Shown here one piece after another: positions 8,929 to 17,335 of a DNA stretch of 64,000 nt. The DNA lies in NCBI GenBank assembly GCA_964453605.1, contig CAYVOI010000001.1:740095-804094 (forward strand), given 5' to 3'. The stretch comes from an uncultured Gammaproteobacteria bacterium. GTDB lineage: Bacteria; Patescibacteriota; Patescibacteriia; Veblenbacterales; UBA10138. Below the pieces are notes generated by a model that saw only the letters and a list, made by a program, of their open reading frames with translations, was not told where the DNA came from and searched no databases. Within the stretch, counting starts at the first letter, position 1. Every line of letters starts with the position of its first letter. Made by a program: the position numbers and the translations under genes.

Positions 8929-11847
8929 TTAAACTTCTATAATGACCGTTACAATCACACCATCTAAATTTACCTCACTAGAATACTTTGCATGCTCGCC
9001 CTGTTGTAGCTCACGAGCTAAAGCACCCTTGAGTACATCTTCACGATACGCAGATAACACTTTCCAAGTAACCTCATCAGTACCCACTTTCAGTACTACC
9101 CTGTCTTTAATAGTAAGTCCCTGTTTTTTTCTAAGCGCATTTACCTGCCGCACAAATTCGCGCACCAAGCCCATAGCCTTAAGTTCGTCATCAAGTTTAG
9201 TGTCAAGCTCAACTGTCTGAGCCTCCACCACCTCAAGCACGTTTACCTCCTCGGCTACAATGTGCCTAAATACTTCAGGTACGGGGGCTTGCAACTTGCG
9301 CAGCGTTTGCCGAATCTTTATACCAGCCGCCGCACGTTGAGCTAACGCTTGCTCCACCACCGTGCGCACTTTTTGCATTTCGTCCAAAATACTCCGGTCA
9401 AACTTGTGGGCTTCTGGCCAACTCTCGAGGTGAACTGACTCCTTACCACCCTTAACTTCTTGGTACACTTCCTCAGCCACAAACGGGGTAAACGGCGCGA
9501 GCGTAATGGCGAGTTGCCGCAAAACGTAACCCAACGTTGTGCGCACATTACCAGCCTCTAAGCCGCCATTCTTGTACCGCTCGCGGCTGCGACGAATGTA
9601 CCACGTAGAAAGCTCGGTAACAAAGTCGGCCAGGGCACGCCCAGCCTCGGTAATTTTATACGCGTCGAGGTACTCTGTCACTTCCGCTACAGTCTTGTGC
9701 CACAGTGCGAGCACCCACCTGTCCATAACGTGTTCTGAGTGCGGGGGAACGTGGGGGGCTTCCGCCTTCAGCTGGTCGAGGTGGTAAAAGGCCACACAGT
9801 TCATAAGAATGAGGAAGGTTTTCTTAACCACGCTATCTACATCGCTCGGGTCAAAGTTCTTGGGCTCGCCTGGTTGGCTCGCGGTGTAGAAGTGGAACCT
9901 AAGTGCGTCTGCACCGTAGGTGTTCATAATTTCCCACGGGTCCACAATGTTGCCCTTGGACTTGGACATTTTTTGCCCGTGCTTGTCGTTAATGTGCCCC
10001 AGGCAGATGACATTTTTATATGGCGGAAGTTCCTCAATTGCGCCTGCTTTCTTCAAGAGTGTGGCCACAGCCAGAAGCGTATAGAACCACCCGCGCGTTT
10101 GGTCTATAGCTTCAGAAATGTAATCTGCGGGGTAGTGCGCTTTGAGTTGCTCTTTACTGCCCTCGGCGTGTGGGTAGCCCCACTGTGCAAACGGCATGCT
10201 GCCAGAATCAAACCAACAGTCAGCCACCTCCGCAACGCGCCGCATTTCGCCCTTACCCTTGCACTGCTTGCAAGGCCAGGCCACCTTATCTATAAATGGT
10301 CGATGCATGTCAAAGTCCGTCCCAAACTTGCGGCCAGACTTTTCGCTTAATTCTTTCAAGCTCTCCACCACCGTCTGGTGTTTGCAGTCGGCATTGGTAC
10401 ACACCCAAATAGGTAAGGGGGTACCCCAGTAACGTTCACGGGAAATGGCCCAGTCTTTCACGCCGTCCAGCCACTCGCCGAACCGCCCGTGCTGAATGTG
10501 GTCTGGGTACCAGTGTATCTTCTCATTAGCAGCCTGCAGGTCTTTACGCAGACTCGACATTTTAATAAACCACGATGGCTTGGCGTAGTAGAGCAGCGGT
10601 GTAGAGCAGCGCCAGCAAAACGGGTAGTCGTGCGTGTAACTTTCTTCCTTAAACAAAAGCCCTCGTGCTTTCAAATCGGCAATTATCCCCTTTTCTACTT
10701 CGGCATTTTTAACAAACTTCCCCTGCCACTCGGGCACGTCTTTGGTAAACTTACCTGCTTCATCCACCGTGTGGTACTTAGGCAACCCCTCTTTTGTGCC
10801 TAAGGCAAAATCATCTTCCCCGTACATCACCGCAGTATGCACCACGCCCGTACCGTCGGTGGTGGTAACAAAGTCAGCCGCATACACGCGGTGACTTTTT
10901 TCGTTCTGCAAGGGTTCGATGTCGTAGAGCGGCTGATACTCGAGGCCAACCAAATCTTTTCCTTTTAATCCCTTCACAATTTCAAATCTACCAATCCACT
11001 CACCAGCTTTTTCATCAACACCTATCCGTTGGTTTAAACCACCATCCCTTGTGTGGTTAAATAAAATTTCCTTTGCAAGAATATATTGGCCCAACGAAGA
11101 GGTGGAATCAACCTTCGGAAATGCTTCGACAATTAGATAATCAATGTCTTCACCTACAGCCAGCGCCACGTTGCCAGGCAAAGTCCATGGCGTGGTTGTC
11201 CAAGAGAGAATGGAAACTTTGGGGTCGCGCTTCATGCGGAACTTTACATACACCGCTTGGTCGCTGACACTCTGGTAGCCCTGCGCCACCTCGTGACTCG
11301 AAAGTGCCGTGCCGCAGCGCGGACAGTGAGGCAACACTTTGTAGTCTTGGTACAGCAAGCCCTCGTTGGCGATTTGCTTAAAAATCCACCATAAACTCTC
11401 GAGGTAGTAGTTCTCGTAGGTAACGTAGGGGTGCTCCAGGTCCAGCCAGTAGCCCATGCGCGTCGTAAGCTTTTCCCAGTCAGCCTTGTACTTCCACACG
11501 TCTTCACGGCAACGGGCGTTGAACTCAGCCACACCATACTTTTCAATGTCGGGCTTACCCTTGAACTTCAAATCTTTCTCAACCTGGAGCTCCACCGGCA
11601 AACCTTGCGTGTCCCAACCGGCCTTACGCTCCACCCTAAACCCACGCATGGTTTTGTAACGCGGAATAAGGTCCTTAAAGGCGCGGGCCAGCACGTGGTG
11701 CAACCCCGGCTTGCCGTTGGCCGTGGGCGGCCCTTCCCAAAAAACGAACGGCTTGCCACCCTTCGTCTGCGCCAGCGATTTCTCAAAAATGTCGTGGTCC
11801 TGCCAAAACTTCAGCACCTTGTCCTCGAGTTCGGGAAACTTCAGCAT
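8929..11847 (-). CDS. ileS: Isoleucine--tRNA ligase (long eukaryote-like form)
   Basis: HIGH-region PGLHHVLA, KMSKS motif GQKMSKSKGN, editing domain, 972 aa. Confidence 0.95.
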   Translation of the reverse strand: MLKFPELEDKVLKFWQDHDIFEKSLAQTKGGKPFVFWEGPPTANGKPGLHHVLARAFKDLIPRYKTMRGFRVERKAGWDTQGLPVELQVEKDLKFKGKPDIEKYGVAEFNARCREDVWKYKADWEKLTTRMGYWLDLEHPYVTYENYYLESLWWIFKQIANEGLLYQDYKVLPHCPRCGTALSSHEVAQGYQSVSDQAVYVKFRMKRDPKVSILSWTTTPWTLPGNVALAVGEDIDYLIVEAFPKVDSTSSLGQYILAKEILFNHTRDGGLNQRIGVDEKAGEWIGRFEIVKGLKGKDLVGLEYQPLYDIEPLQNEKSHRVYAADFVTTTDGTGVVHTAVMYGEDDFALGTKEGLPKYHTVDEAGKFTKDVPEWQGKFVKNAEVEKGIIADLKARGLLFKEESYTHDYPFCWRCSTPLLYYAKPSWFIKMSSLRKDLQAANEKIHWYPDHIQHGRFGEWLDGVKDWAISRERYWGTPLPIWVCTNADCKHQTVVESLKELSEKSGRKFGTDFDMHRPFIDKVAWPCKQCKGKGEMRRVAEVADCWFDSGSMPFAQWGYPHAEGSKEQLKAHYPADYISEAIDQTRGWFYTLLAVATLLKKAGAIEELPPYKNVICLGHINDKHGQKMSKSKGNIVDPWEIMNTYGADALRFHFYTASQPGEPKNFDPSDVDSVVKKTFLILMNCVAFYHLDQLKAEAPHVPPHSEHVMDRWVLALWHKTVAEVTEYLDAYKITEAGRALADFVTELSTWYIRRSRERYKNGGLEAGNVRTTLGYVLRQLAITLAPFTPFVAEEVYQEVKGGKESVHLESWPEAHKFDRSILDEMQKVRTVVEQALAQRAAAGIKIRQTLRKLQAPVPEVFRHIVAEEVNVLEVVEAQTVELDTKLDDELKAMGLVREFVRQVNALRKKQGLTIKDRVVLKVGTDEVTWKVLSAYREDVLKGALARELQQGEHAKYSSEVNLDGVIVTVIIEV

Positions 11848-11897
11848 AGTACCCTCTAGAATAGCTATTTTTCAGTCAACTCGCAACCAACTTGACA
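11806..11897. repeat. Copy 1 of a ~90-bp duplicated module: ileS 5' end (first ~14 codons), ileS promoter region, and a divergent TTGACA box
   Basis: By eye about 75-80% identical to 12966..13050, including a perfectly identical 15-mer cttcagcatagtacc. Confidence 0.6.
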
Positions 11898-11978
11898 AAT
11901 TAAAGAAGAAAATGTAACGTTGTTTGATAATAAAATTTAATAAACTCTTTAAAAAATGACACAAAGAAAGGAACGGCC

Positions 11979-12860
11979 ATGCCAGAAGCACTAGATCTTC
12001 TCGGCGCTCAACTCATGTTGGCGCTACAGTTTTATGAATCGAACTTTAACACCAACCTCACCCTGGTAGATACTGTATCAGCGGAAGAGAAATACTCCTG
12101 TAAGGAATTGTTTAATCGCCAGGGTAAAGTGTGGTGTCTACGAGCAGAGTCTATACCGGGTAACCTAACGATTAAATCAATCTCTGTCGACAAACGGAAC
12201 CTATACCTTGAAACAGCGCCACTTAACTGGGATGGGGTAGCCCAAGTTCTCAAGGATCAGATGCTACCCTTTGATTGTAATCCTACTCAGAGAAGGTTCT
12301 CGGACAGCACCAACGGCCAAAAGCTGATTACCATCAGCAAACCAACCTCACCAAAGTACGAGGGAACATCACTCGCACCCCGATGTCTCTGGACCATACC
12401 ACTAATTGGTCAGGACGCTATTCGTCGCAAGATGATGATCAAACTGGCTGATGTGATTTATACGGCAGATGCGTACTCCTACCAAGGTATCGGGGGAGAG
12501 AAAATAGCAGTTGAAGGCTCTGGTAAGGGAGGCAGACTCGAGCTCCAAGTTTTACTTGAGCTCCAGATGCAGCTGCAGGCTGAACAACGGGCTATTCTAT
12601 CATTACGTGGGGCACTGCGTGGTGAGCTAAGGCTTGAGTTGCAACAAATCTTGGGTTTGTACTACTCGATCGTTCGAATGAATGAAGATGAGCTTCTTAA
12701 ATTCATAGTTGATCACACAGAAAAGCATGGGGAAAAGACTACCGTGCAGGTCCTCAATTTCGCCCTGGCTGGCAAAATCAAACGTGCTCAACCCAAACTG
12801 ACTTGGAGAGAAGCTCGTGCAATGGCAAGAAAACTTGCCAATAGCAAACCGCCTCAGTAA
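11979..12860 (+). CDS. Hypothetical protein; low-GC (~46%) gene sitting between the two copies of the ileS 5' module
   Basis: 293-aa ORF with AT-rich codon usage unlike its neighbours. Preceded by a TTGACA box at 11892 and followed by a strong terminator. Confidence 0.6.
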   Translation: MPEALDLLGAQLMLALQFYESNFNTNLTLVDTVSAEEKYSCKELFNRQGKVWCLRAESIPGNLTIKSISVDKRNLYLETAPLNWDGVAQVLKDQMLPFDCNPTQRRFSDSTNGQKLITISKPTSPKYEGTSLAPRCLWTIPLIGQDAIRRKMMIKLADVIYTADAYSYQGIGGEKIAVEGSGKGGRLELQVLLELQMQLQAEQRAILSLRGALRGELRLELQQILGLYYSIVRMNEDELLKFIVDHTEKHGEKTTVQVLNFALAGKIKRAQPKLTWREARAMARKLANSKPPQ

Positions 12861-12867
12861 AGGAAAC

Positions 12868-12902
12868 TCCTCGCGCCGAAATACAGCGCGAGGAGTTTTT
12901 TA
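12868..12902 (+). terminator. Rho-independent terminator
   Basis: ctcctcgcg-N10-cgcgaggag hairpin followed by TTTTTTAT. Confidence 0.65.
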
Positions 12903-12920
12903 TTGCTAAATTAACACGAC

Positions 12921-13004
12921 CTACATCTGCTCTACGACTTTGATACCCAAAATGCCAAGGCCGTGCTTCAGCACCTTCTCCTCGAACTCTGGGGACTTCA
13001 GCAT
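12921..13004 (-). pseudogene. Truncated duplicate of the ileS start: 27-codon ORF MLKSPEFEEKVLKHGLGILGIKVVEQM with a duplicated upstream promoter
   Basis: The first 12 codons are homologous to the ileS N-terminus (MLKFPELEDKVLKF). It runs into the terminator at 12868-12902. Confidence 0.5.
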
Positions 13005-13050
13005 AGTACCTAGAATAATAGCATTTTGCCTATTTCGCAACCATTTGACA
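12966..13050. repeat. Copy 2 of the ileS 5'-end/promoter module
   Basis: See copy 1 at 11806..11897. Confidence 0.6.
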
Positions 13051-13073
13051 GCTTTTAAAGTAGTGGTTAAGAT
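13045..13073 (+). promoter_or_regulatory. Sigma70-like promoter: TTGACA, 17-nt spacer, TAAGAT
   Basis: Canonical -35, 17-bp spacer, -10-like TAAGAT. Sits about 50 nt upstream of the ORF at 13125. Confidence 0.4.
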
Positions 13074-13124
13074 ACGCTACACTAATTCACAAATAACTAT
13101 TCCAAAAACAAAACGAGGTCAGCC

Positions 13125-13340
13125 ATGGACAAGCCAACTTCCTGCCCGGTGTGCGGGCAGGACGCTACCCCCCTCAACCAGCTCTGTGGTAAACACGAGG
13201 AAATCTTTAACAGGGCGAACGAAGAAACGCAAGCCATGATAACTAAGCTCCTCCACGAACTCATTCACGCACAAAGGGAGGCGCTTACCATAACAAAAGG
13301 ATTCATACCCTCAGCTGGAGCAACTCGGGGCGGCAGGTAG
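13125..13340 (+). CDS. Small zinc-ribbon-like hypothetical protein (71 aa)
   Basis: CPVCG...C motif. GAGG Shine-Dalgarno 8 nt upstream. Lies downstream of the promoter at 13045. Confidence 0.4.
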   Translation: MDKPTSCPVCGQDATPLNQLCGKHEEIFNRANEETQAMITKLLHELIHAQREALTITKGFIPSAGATRGGR

Positions 13341-13474
13341 CTAACTGTCACGTACGTTCATCAAATAGAATCGGGCCACGGGGTTACGCCACGTAGTCCG
13401 GTTTTTTTAACCTAGCACAAGTCGAATGATGCCTGGGCTTTAGGGCTACCTTCGCAAACGTATCAACGCTAAGG

Positions 13475-15205
13475 TTACATCTGCTCCACCACGCCGATAC
13501 CTAAAACACTAAGCCCGTGTTTCAGAACCCCCGCCACGGTACTAACCAGGTACAGGCGAAAGCTGCGCACTGGCTCTTTGGCCGAGAGTACCGGCGAGTC
13601 GTGGTAGTAGGAGTTGGTGGCGGTCGCCAGCTCGTACAGGTACTGAGCCAAGAGGTGTGGCCCGTTCTCGCGTGCGGCCCGCAGAACGGCCTCGGGGTAG
13701 CGGACGGTGAGCCGCAGCATCTGTACATCACTCTGCGCCAAGCTCGTAAGAACGCTGGGCTTGAATGTTTTTGCTACCCGCACCTTGGCACTCTTAGCTT
13801 TACGCAAAATGCTCTTAAGCCGTACGTAGGTGTACTGTAGGTACGGTCCGCTGTTACCCTCAAACGAGAGCATCTTGTCCCAGTTAAAGGTAATGTCGGT
13901 GTGGCGGTTTTGTGATAGATCGTTGTACTTCAAAGCGCCCACCCCCACCACTTCCGCTACCTGAGCCCTAACTTTTGGCGCCAGCTTGTTGTTCTTCTTA
14001 TCCACAATCGCCCGGGCACGAGTGACCGCTTCTTGGAGTACATCGTCAAGCTTTATTATTTTGCCCTCGCGGGTAGCAAGTTTAAGGCCGTCTTCGCCAA
14101 GCACCAGCCCGTTTTTGAGATGCAAGAGCTCAAGGTGGTGCGGTGCGTAGCCCGCGTGGCGAGCAGCCGCGAACACCTGCTCAAAGTGGAGGGCTTGTTC
14201 GTTCCCCACCACGTAGAGTATGGCCTGGGGCTTGTAGTGCTGTACGCGGTAGCGAATGGCGGCCAGGTCGCGTGTAGCGTAGAGCGACACACCGTCCGAC
14301 TTCTGAATAAGTGCCGGTGGCAACCCCTCACCCTCCAGGTGCACCACGACCGAACCATCTGTGTTCTTAACGGCCAGTTTACGCTTCAAAAAGTCAGCCA
14401 CTACCCCGGGCAGCATTTTTTCATAAAAGCTCTCGCCGGTAACGTGGGTGAACTTTACCCCCAAGCGCTTATAGAGAACGTCAAACTCTCGGAGAGACTC
14501 CGTACGGAACCACTGCCACAGCGCCCGGTTCTTGCGGTCACCCTCTTCCAGCTTTTTAAACTCCTCCTGCCCGCGGCGTTCCAGATCAGGCTGCTCTTTC
14601 AGCACCTCGTGGAACTTCACGTAGAGCTTCAGCAACTCTTCAATCGGGTGTCGGTGTACAGCGGAGCGAGAACCCCACATCTTAAAAGCTGAAATCAGTT
14701 TACCAAACTGTGTGCCCCAGTCGCCGAGGTGGTTAAGGCGAATAACCTTGGCCCCAAGCGTTTGGTAAATGTTCGCTACCGCCTGGCCGATTATGGTCGA
14801 GCGCAGGTGCCCAATGTGCATGGGCTTGGCAATGTTCGGGGAGGAGTACTCAACAATAACACGCTTACCCTTAAACACGGGGGTCACTTCCCCGTTCGAC
14901 ACTGCCGCAAGCTCGTGGAGCAGCACTTCTGGTTTCAGGGTAAAGTTGATAAACCCTGGGCCAGCAAGTTCCACCTTAGCAGCATACCTAGCAATAACAC
15001 GGGATGTTTTGAGCTCATCAAGCAATGTTTGGGCCGCTTCCTTGGGTGGCACGCCCCACTTGCTGGCGACTTTCAAAGCTACATTGGTAGTGTAGTCGCC
15101 GTGGCCAAGGTCGCGCGTTAAAGCTACCTCGACCTCGTGAGGTTCAAGCTGGTAGTGCTTTTGGGCAGCGAGCGCTACCTCGTGCTGAAGTTTTAGGGAA
15201 AGCAT
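13475..15205 (-). CDS. argS: Arginine--tRNA ligase
   Basis: HIGH motif SPNIAKPMHIGHLRS. 576 aa with ArgRS domain order. Confidence 0.9.
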   Translation of the reverse strand: MLSLKLQHEVALAAQKHYQLEPHEVEVALTRDLGHGDYTTNVALKVASKWGVPPKEAAQTLLDELKTSRVIARYAAKVELAGPGFINFTLKPEVLLHELAAVSNGEVTPVFKGKRVIVEYSSPNIAKPMHIGHLRSTIIGQAVANIYQTLGAKVIRLNHLGDWGTQFGKLISAFKMWGSRSAVHRHPIEELLKLYVKFHEVLKEQPDLERRGQEEFKKLEEGDRKNRALWQWFRTESLREFDVLYKRLGVKFTHVTGESFYEKMLPGVVADFLKRKLAVKNTDGSVVVHLEGEGLPPALIQKSDGVSLYATRDLAAIRYRVQHYKPQAILYVVGNEQALHFEQVFAAARHAGYAPHHLELLHLKNGLVLGEDGLKLATREGKIIKLDDVLQEAVTRARAIVDKKNNKLAPKVRAQVAEVVGVGALKYNDLSQNRHTDITFNWDKMLSFEGNSGPYLQYTYVRLKSILRKAKSAKVRVAKTFKPSVLTSLAQSDVQMLRLTVRYPEAVLRAARENGPHLLAQYLYELATATNSYYHDSPVLSAKEPVRSFRLYLVSTVAGVLKHGLSVLGIGVVEQM

Positions 15206-15294
15206 AACGTAGTTCAGTATACTGGTTTTGCTTTAAAAACAAAACCGGCCCGATCCGCCAGGTGGCGAGATCAGGCCGGAGGAACACGCTACAC

Positions 15295-15642
15295 TTACTT
15301 CTTAACGGCTTCTACCAGTTTGGAGAACACGGCTGGGTACTCGCGAGCAAGCTGAGCCATGACCTTACGGTCGAGCTCTACCTTGGCCTTCTTGAGTAAC
15401 CCCATGAACTTGCTGTAGCTAAGCCCATGCTCCCGAACCGCGGCGTTTATCTGCACCTGCCAGAGGGCGCGGAAGTCGCCCTTCTTGTCCCTCCGGTGGG
15501 CAAAGGCATGCTGACCTGCCTTGTGGGTTGCAACCTTGGCTAGAGTTATCTTGCTCTTGCGGCCCCAGCGGTAACCGCGGGTTCGCTTTAGTAAATTGCG
15601 ACGCCGCTTGGCGTGCATCATGCCTCGTTTTACGCGTGCCAT
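15295..15642 (-). CDS. rplT: 50S ribosomal protein L20
   Basis: MARVKRG...RRRNLLK...GYRW is a strongly conserved L20 sequence. Confidence 0.95.
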   Translation of the reverse strand: MARVKRGMMHAKRRRNLLKRTRGYRWGRKSKITLAKVATHKAGQHAFAHRRDKKGDFRALWQVQINAAVREHGLSYSKFMGLLKKAKVELDRKVMAQLAREYPAVFSKLVEAVKK

Positions 15643-15680
15643 ACAGTAGTACTAATAAAGAAAAGAAAAACTAGTTCCGC

Positions 15681-15875
15681 CTAGCTGCGGTTGATGAGCT
15701 TTCTGAGCGCGGGCAGGTTCACCTTGGCAATTTCCTTGTCGCGGCGCTTGGCGCGCGTGACCACACCGCTCTCTCTGGCGTTAAAGTGGTCTTGTCCGGC
15801 AGTGCGCTTCATGAACTTACCCCGGCGCGTGACGCGGAAACGCTTCGCGCTCGCCTTGTGCGTTTTTACCTTCAT
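15681..15875 (-). CDS. rpmI: 50S ribosomal protein L35
   Basis: MKVKTHKASAKRFRVT... matches L35. Canonical infC-rpmI-rplT order. Confidence 0.9.
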   Translation of the reverse strand: MKVKTHKASAKRFRVTRRGKFMKRTAGQDHFNARESGVVTRAKRRDKEIAKVNLPALRKLINRS

Positions 15876-15940
15876 AGTAACTCTCGGAATTTAGGAATTA
15901 TGAACAGGAAACCGACCTCACTATTTACTATTCACAACCC

Positions 15941-16462
15941 CTAAGCTTTCTTGCGTGCAACCTGCATGCTGACGTTGCCACCGGCACGTGAGAACGGCAC
16001 TTCTACCACCACGTTCTCCCCCATGTCCGTAATAAACGCCTGCATGATTTCGCGGGCTAAGTCCCCGCGCGACTTTTCCCGACCCCGGAGTATCATCTCC
16101 AGCCGCACCCGGTGCCCCTCGTCCAAAAACTTTTGGGCCTGGCCCATGCGCACCTGCTTGTCGTGGTCACCAATTTTTAAACTAAGCCTAACACCTTTTA
16201 CCCCTACCTTTTTCACCTTGGCCTTTTGTGCCTGGGCTTGCTTCTGTTGCTTGTACTGGAACTGGCCAAAGTCTATAAGCTTGGCGATGGGGGGCTGGGC
16301 CGTGGGGTTCACCTCAACCAGATCAAGCCCTCGCTCGTGCGCGAGCTTTAAAGCTTCCACCGTTGGCACAACGCCCATAGGCTTGCCGAGCTCGTCTATA
16401 AGCTGCAGCTCGGGCACTCTGATGTACTGGTTAACGCGGTAGCGTGGACGGCTGTTGTTCAA
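15941..16462 (-). CDS. infC: Translation initiation factor IF-3
   Basis: IF3 N- and C-domain motifs (YIRVPELQLIDE...GLDLVEV...). The apparent start is TTG, a non-ATG start as is common for infC. Confidence 0.9.
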   Translation of the reverse strand: MNNSRPRYRVNQYIRVPELQLIDELGKPMGVVPTVEALKLAHERGLDLVEVNPTAQPPIAKLIDFGQFQYKQQKQAQAQKAKVKKVGVKGVRLSLKIGDHDKQVRMGQAQKFLDEGHRVRLEMILRGREKSRGDLAREIMQAFITDMGENVVVEVPFSRAGGNVSMQVARKKA

Positions 16463-16472
16463 CGGTTTGGGG

Positions 16473-16769
16473 CTAAATGGTACGTACAGAATCTCTCAAC
16501 ATTAATCCTAGTGATTTCTTACCAGGGTTCGTCTTGAAATACTGTTCTCTGCGAATCGCATCTACTTTACTAAGGTACGCTTCGTAGAAAACAAGTTTCA
16601 AGGGGCGTCGTCCCTTTGTTGCTAGTACGCCACCGGCATGGTGTGTGCGTATACGACTTTTTAAATCTGCACTATAACCAATGTAGAACTTTTTGTCGCT
16701 TGAGCTCACCAGTACGTAGACGTAATGCATAGGTATAGCCCTAAAGTAGATTTTGCTTCGCTCAATCAC
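16473..16769 (-). CDS. GIY-YIG nuclease superfamily small protein (UPF0213-like); the probable true start is the internal ATG at 16730
   Basis: YVYVL...FYIGYS...SRIRTH...EAYL...REQYFK motifs. GC ~44%. The extension to 16769 uses a GTG start. Confidence 0.65.
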   Translation of the reverse strand: MIERSKIYFRAIPMHYVYVLVSSSDKKFYIGYSADLKSRIRTHHAGGVLATKGRRPLKLVFYEAYLSKVDAIRREQYFKTNPGKKSLGLMLRDSVRTI

Positions 16770-16775
16770 TTCAGG

Positions 16776-16910
16776 GCACCATGAAGTATGCGCTCGTGAA
16801 CAATCACCTTTATGGGCATGTCAACTGGCTGTGCCATGAAGTAGATTGAATCATCACTTCATGGCGTGCCATGAAGTTGCGCGAATGCAATGAGCGCATA
16901 CTTCATGGTG
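16776..16910. repeat. Nested inverted/direct repeat module built on the core CCATGAAGT, overlapping the 3' end of ssrA
   Basis: 17-bp perfect inverted repeat ccatgaagtatgcgctc (16779-16795) and gagcgcatacttcatgg (16892-16908). Inner hairpin gccatgaagt/acttcatggc (16833-16865). Three direct and two inverted copies of the core. Confidence 0.7.
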
Positions 16911-17285
16911 GAGGTGACGGGGTTTACACCCGTGTCTAGCGACGCAACCTACCCCAAGGTCCAAGTTCAGAGCCGCTGGTACTCTAGGTAGATAGAGCGG
17001 CTCAAAAATCTACCTGAGGTTGTTCCGAAGTGTCGGTAGTAGACCGGAACAGCTCCTGCTACCCTGCTCGATGAATGACGTTCCTAAGGGCTATCGAGCG
17101 TCACCCCTAGGAGCGGCGTTCGGTTTTTAAGCGAACACTGGTGCCAAGGTAGCAACGCGGAACGCGTCCCTTACCTTAGCGACAAATGACTTGGCATTTG
17201 TAGAGTGCTAATTTTTTAAGGCAGACCAGCAACTGCCACCTGCTTGAAGCAAGCTAACGTGCGCTATCGAATGGTAAACACCCCC
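16906..17285 (-). ncRNA. ssrA: tmRNA (SsrA), about 380 nt
   Basis: The 5' end GGGGGUG pairs with the 3' end CACCUCC, including a G3:U70 wobble, then ACCA. T-arm ACGGG-UGUAAAC-CCCGU. The 5' AUUCGAUAGCG resembles E. coli AUUCGACGGG. H-type pseudoknot motifs. A helix-5-like hairpin GUUCG-CUUAAAAAC-CGAAC carries UAA in its loop. Adjacent to smpB. Confidence 0.75.
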
Positions 17286-17294
17286 CACCACGGG

Positions 17295-17322
17295 CCACTA
17301 GCCAATGGCCACTAGCCAATGG
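17295..17322. repeat. Perfect tandem duplication of the 14-mer ccactagccaatgg, between smpB and the ssrA 5' end
   Basis: Read directly from the sequence. Confidence 0.8.
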
Positions 17323-17335
17323 TGGGGACTGTTTA

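Noticed and set aside
12940-13239. 99-aa plus-strand ORF spanning the duplicated ileS promoter module
   Set aside because: It overlaps the promoter-like region and the better-supported small ORF at 13125. It has no RBS and its composition is consistent with a non-coding region.
16776-16910. Integron attC site or IS200/IS605 hairpin end
   Set aside because: No R''/L''-L'/R' core sequences (GTTRRRY) were recognisable. No tnpA, tnpB or intI gene is nearby. Kept only as a generic hairpin/repeat module.
16907-17113. A short (~207 nt) tmRNA model starting at GGGGUGACG
   Set aside because: Its 5' strand does not pair cleanly with the 3' CACCUCC. Extending upstream to 17285 gives a GGGGGUG 5' end that pairs perfectly, including G3:U70, and recovers the AUUCGA D-arm analogue and an MLR. 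The 380-nt model was preferred.
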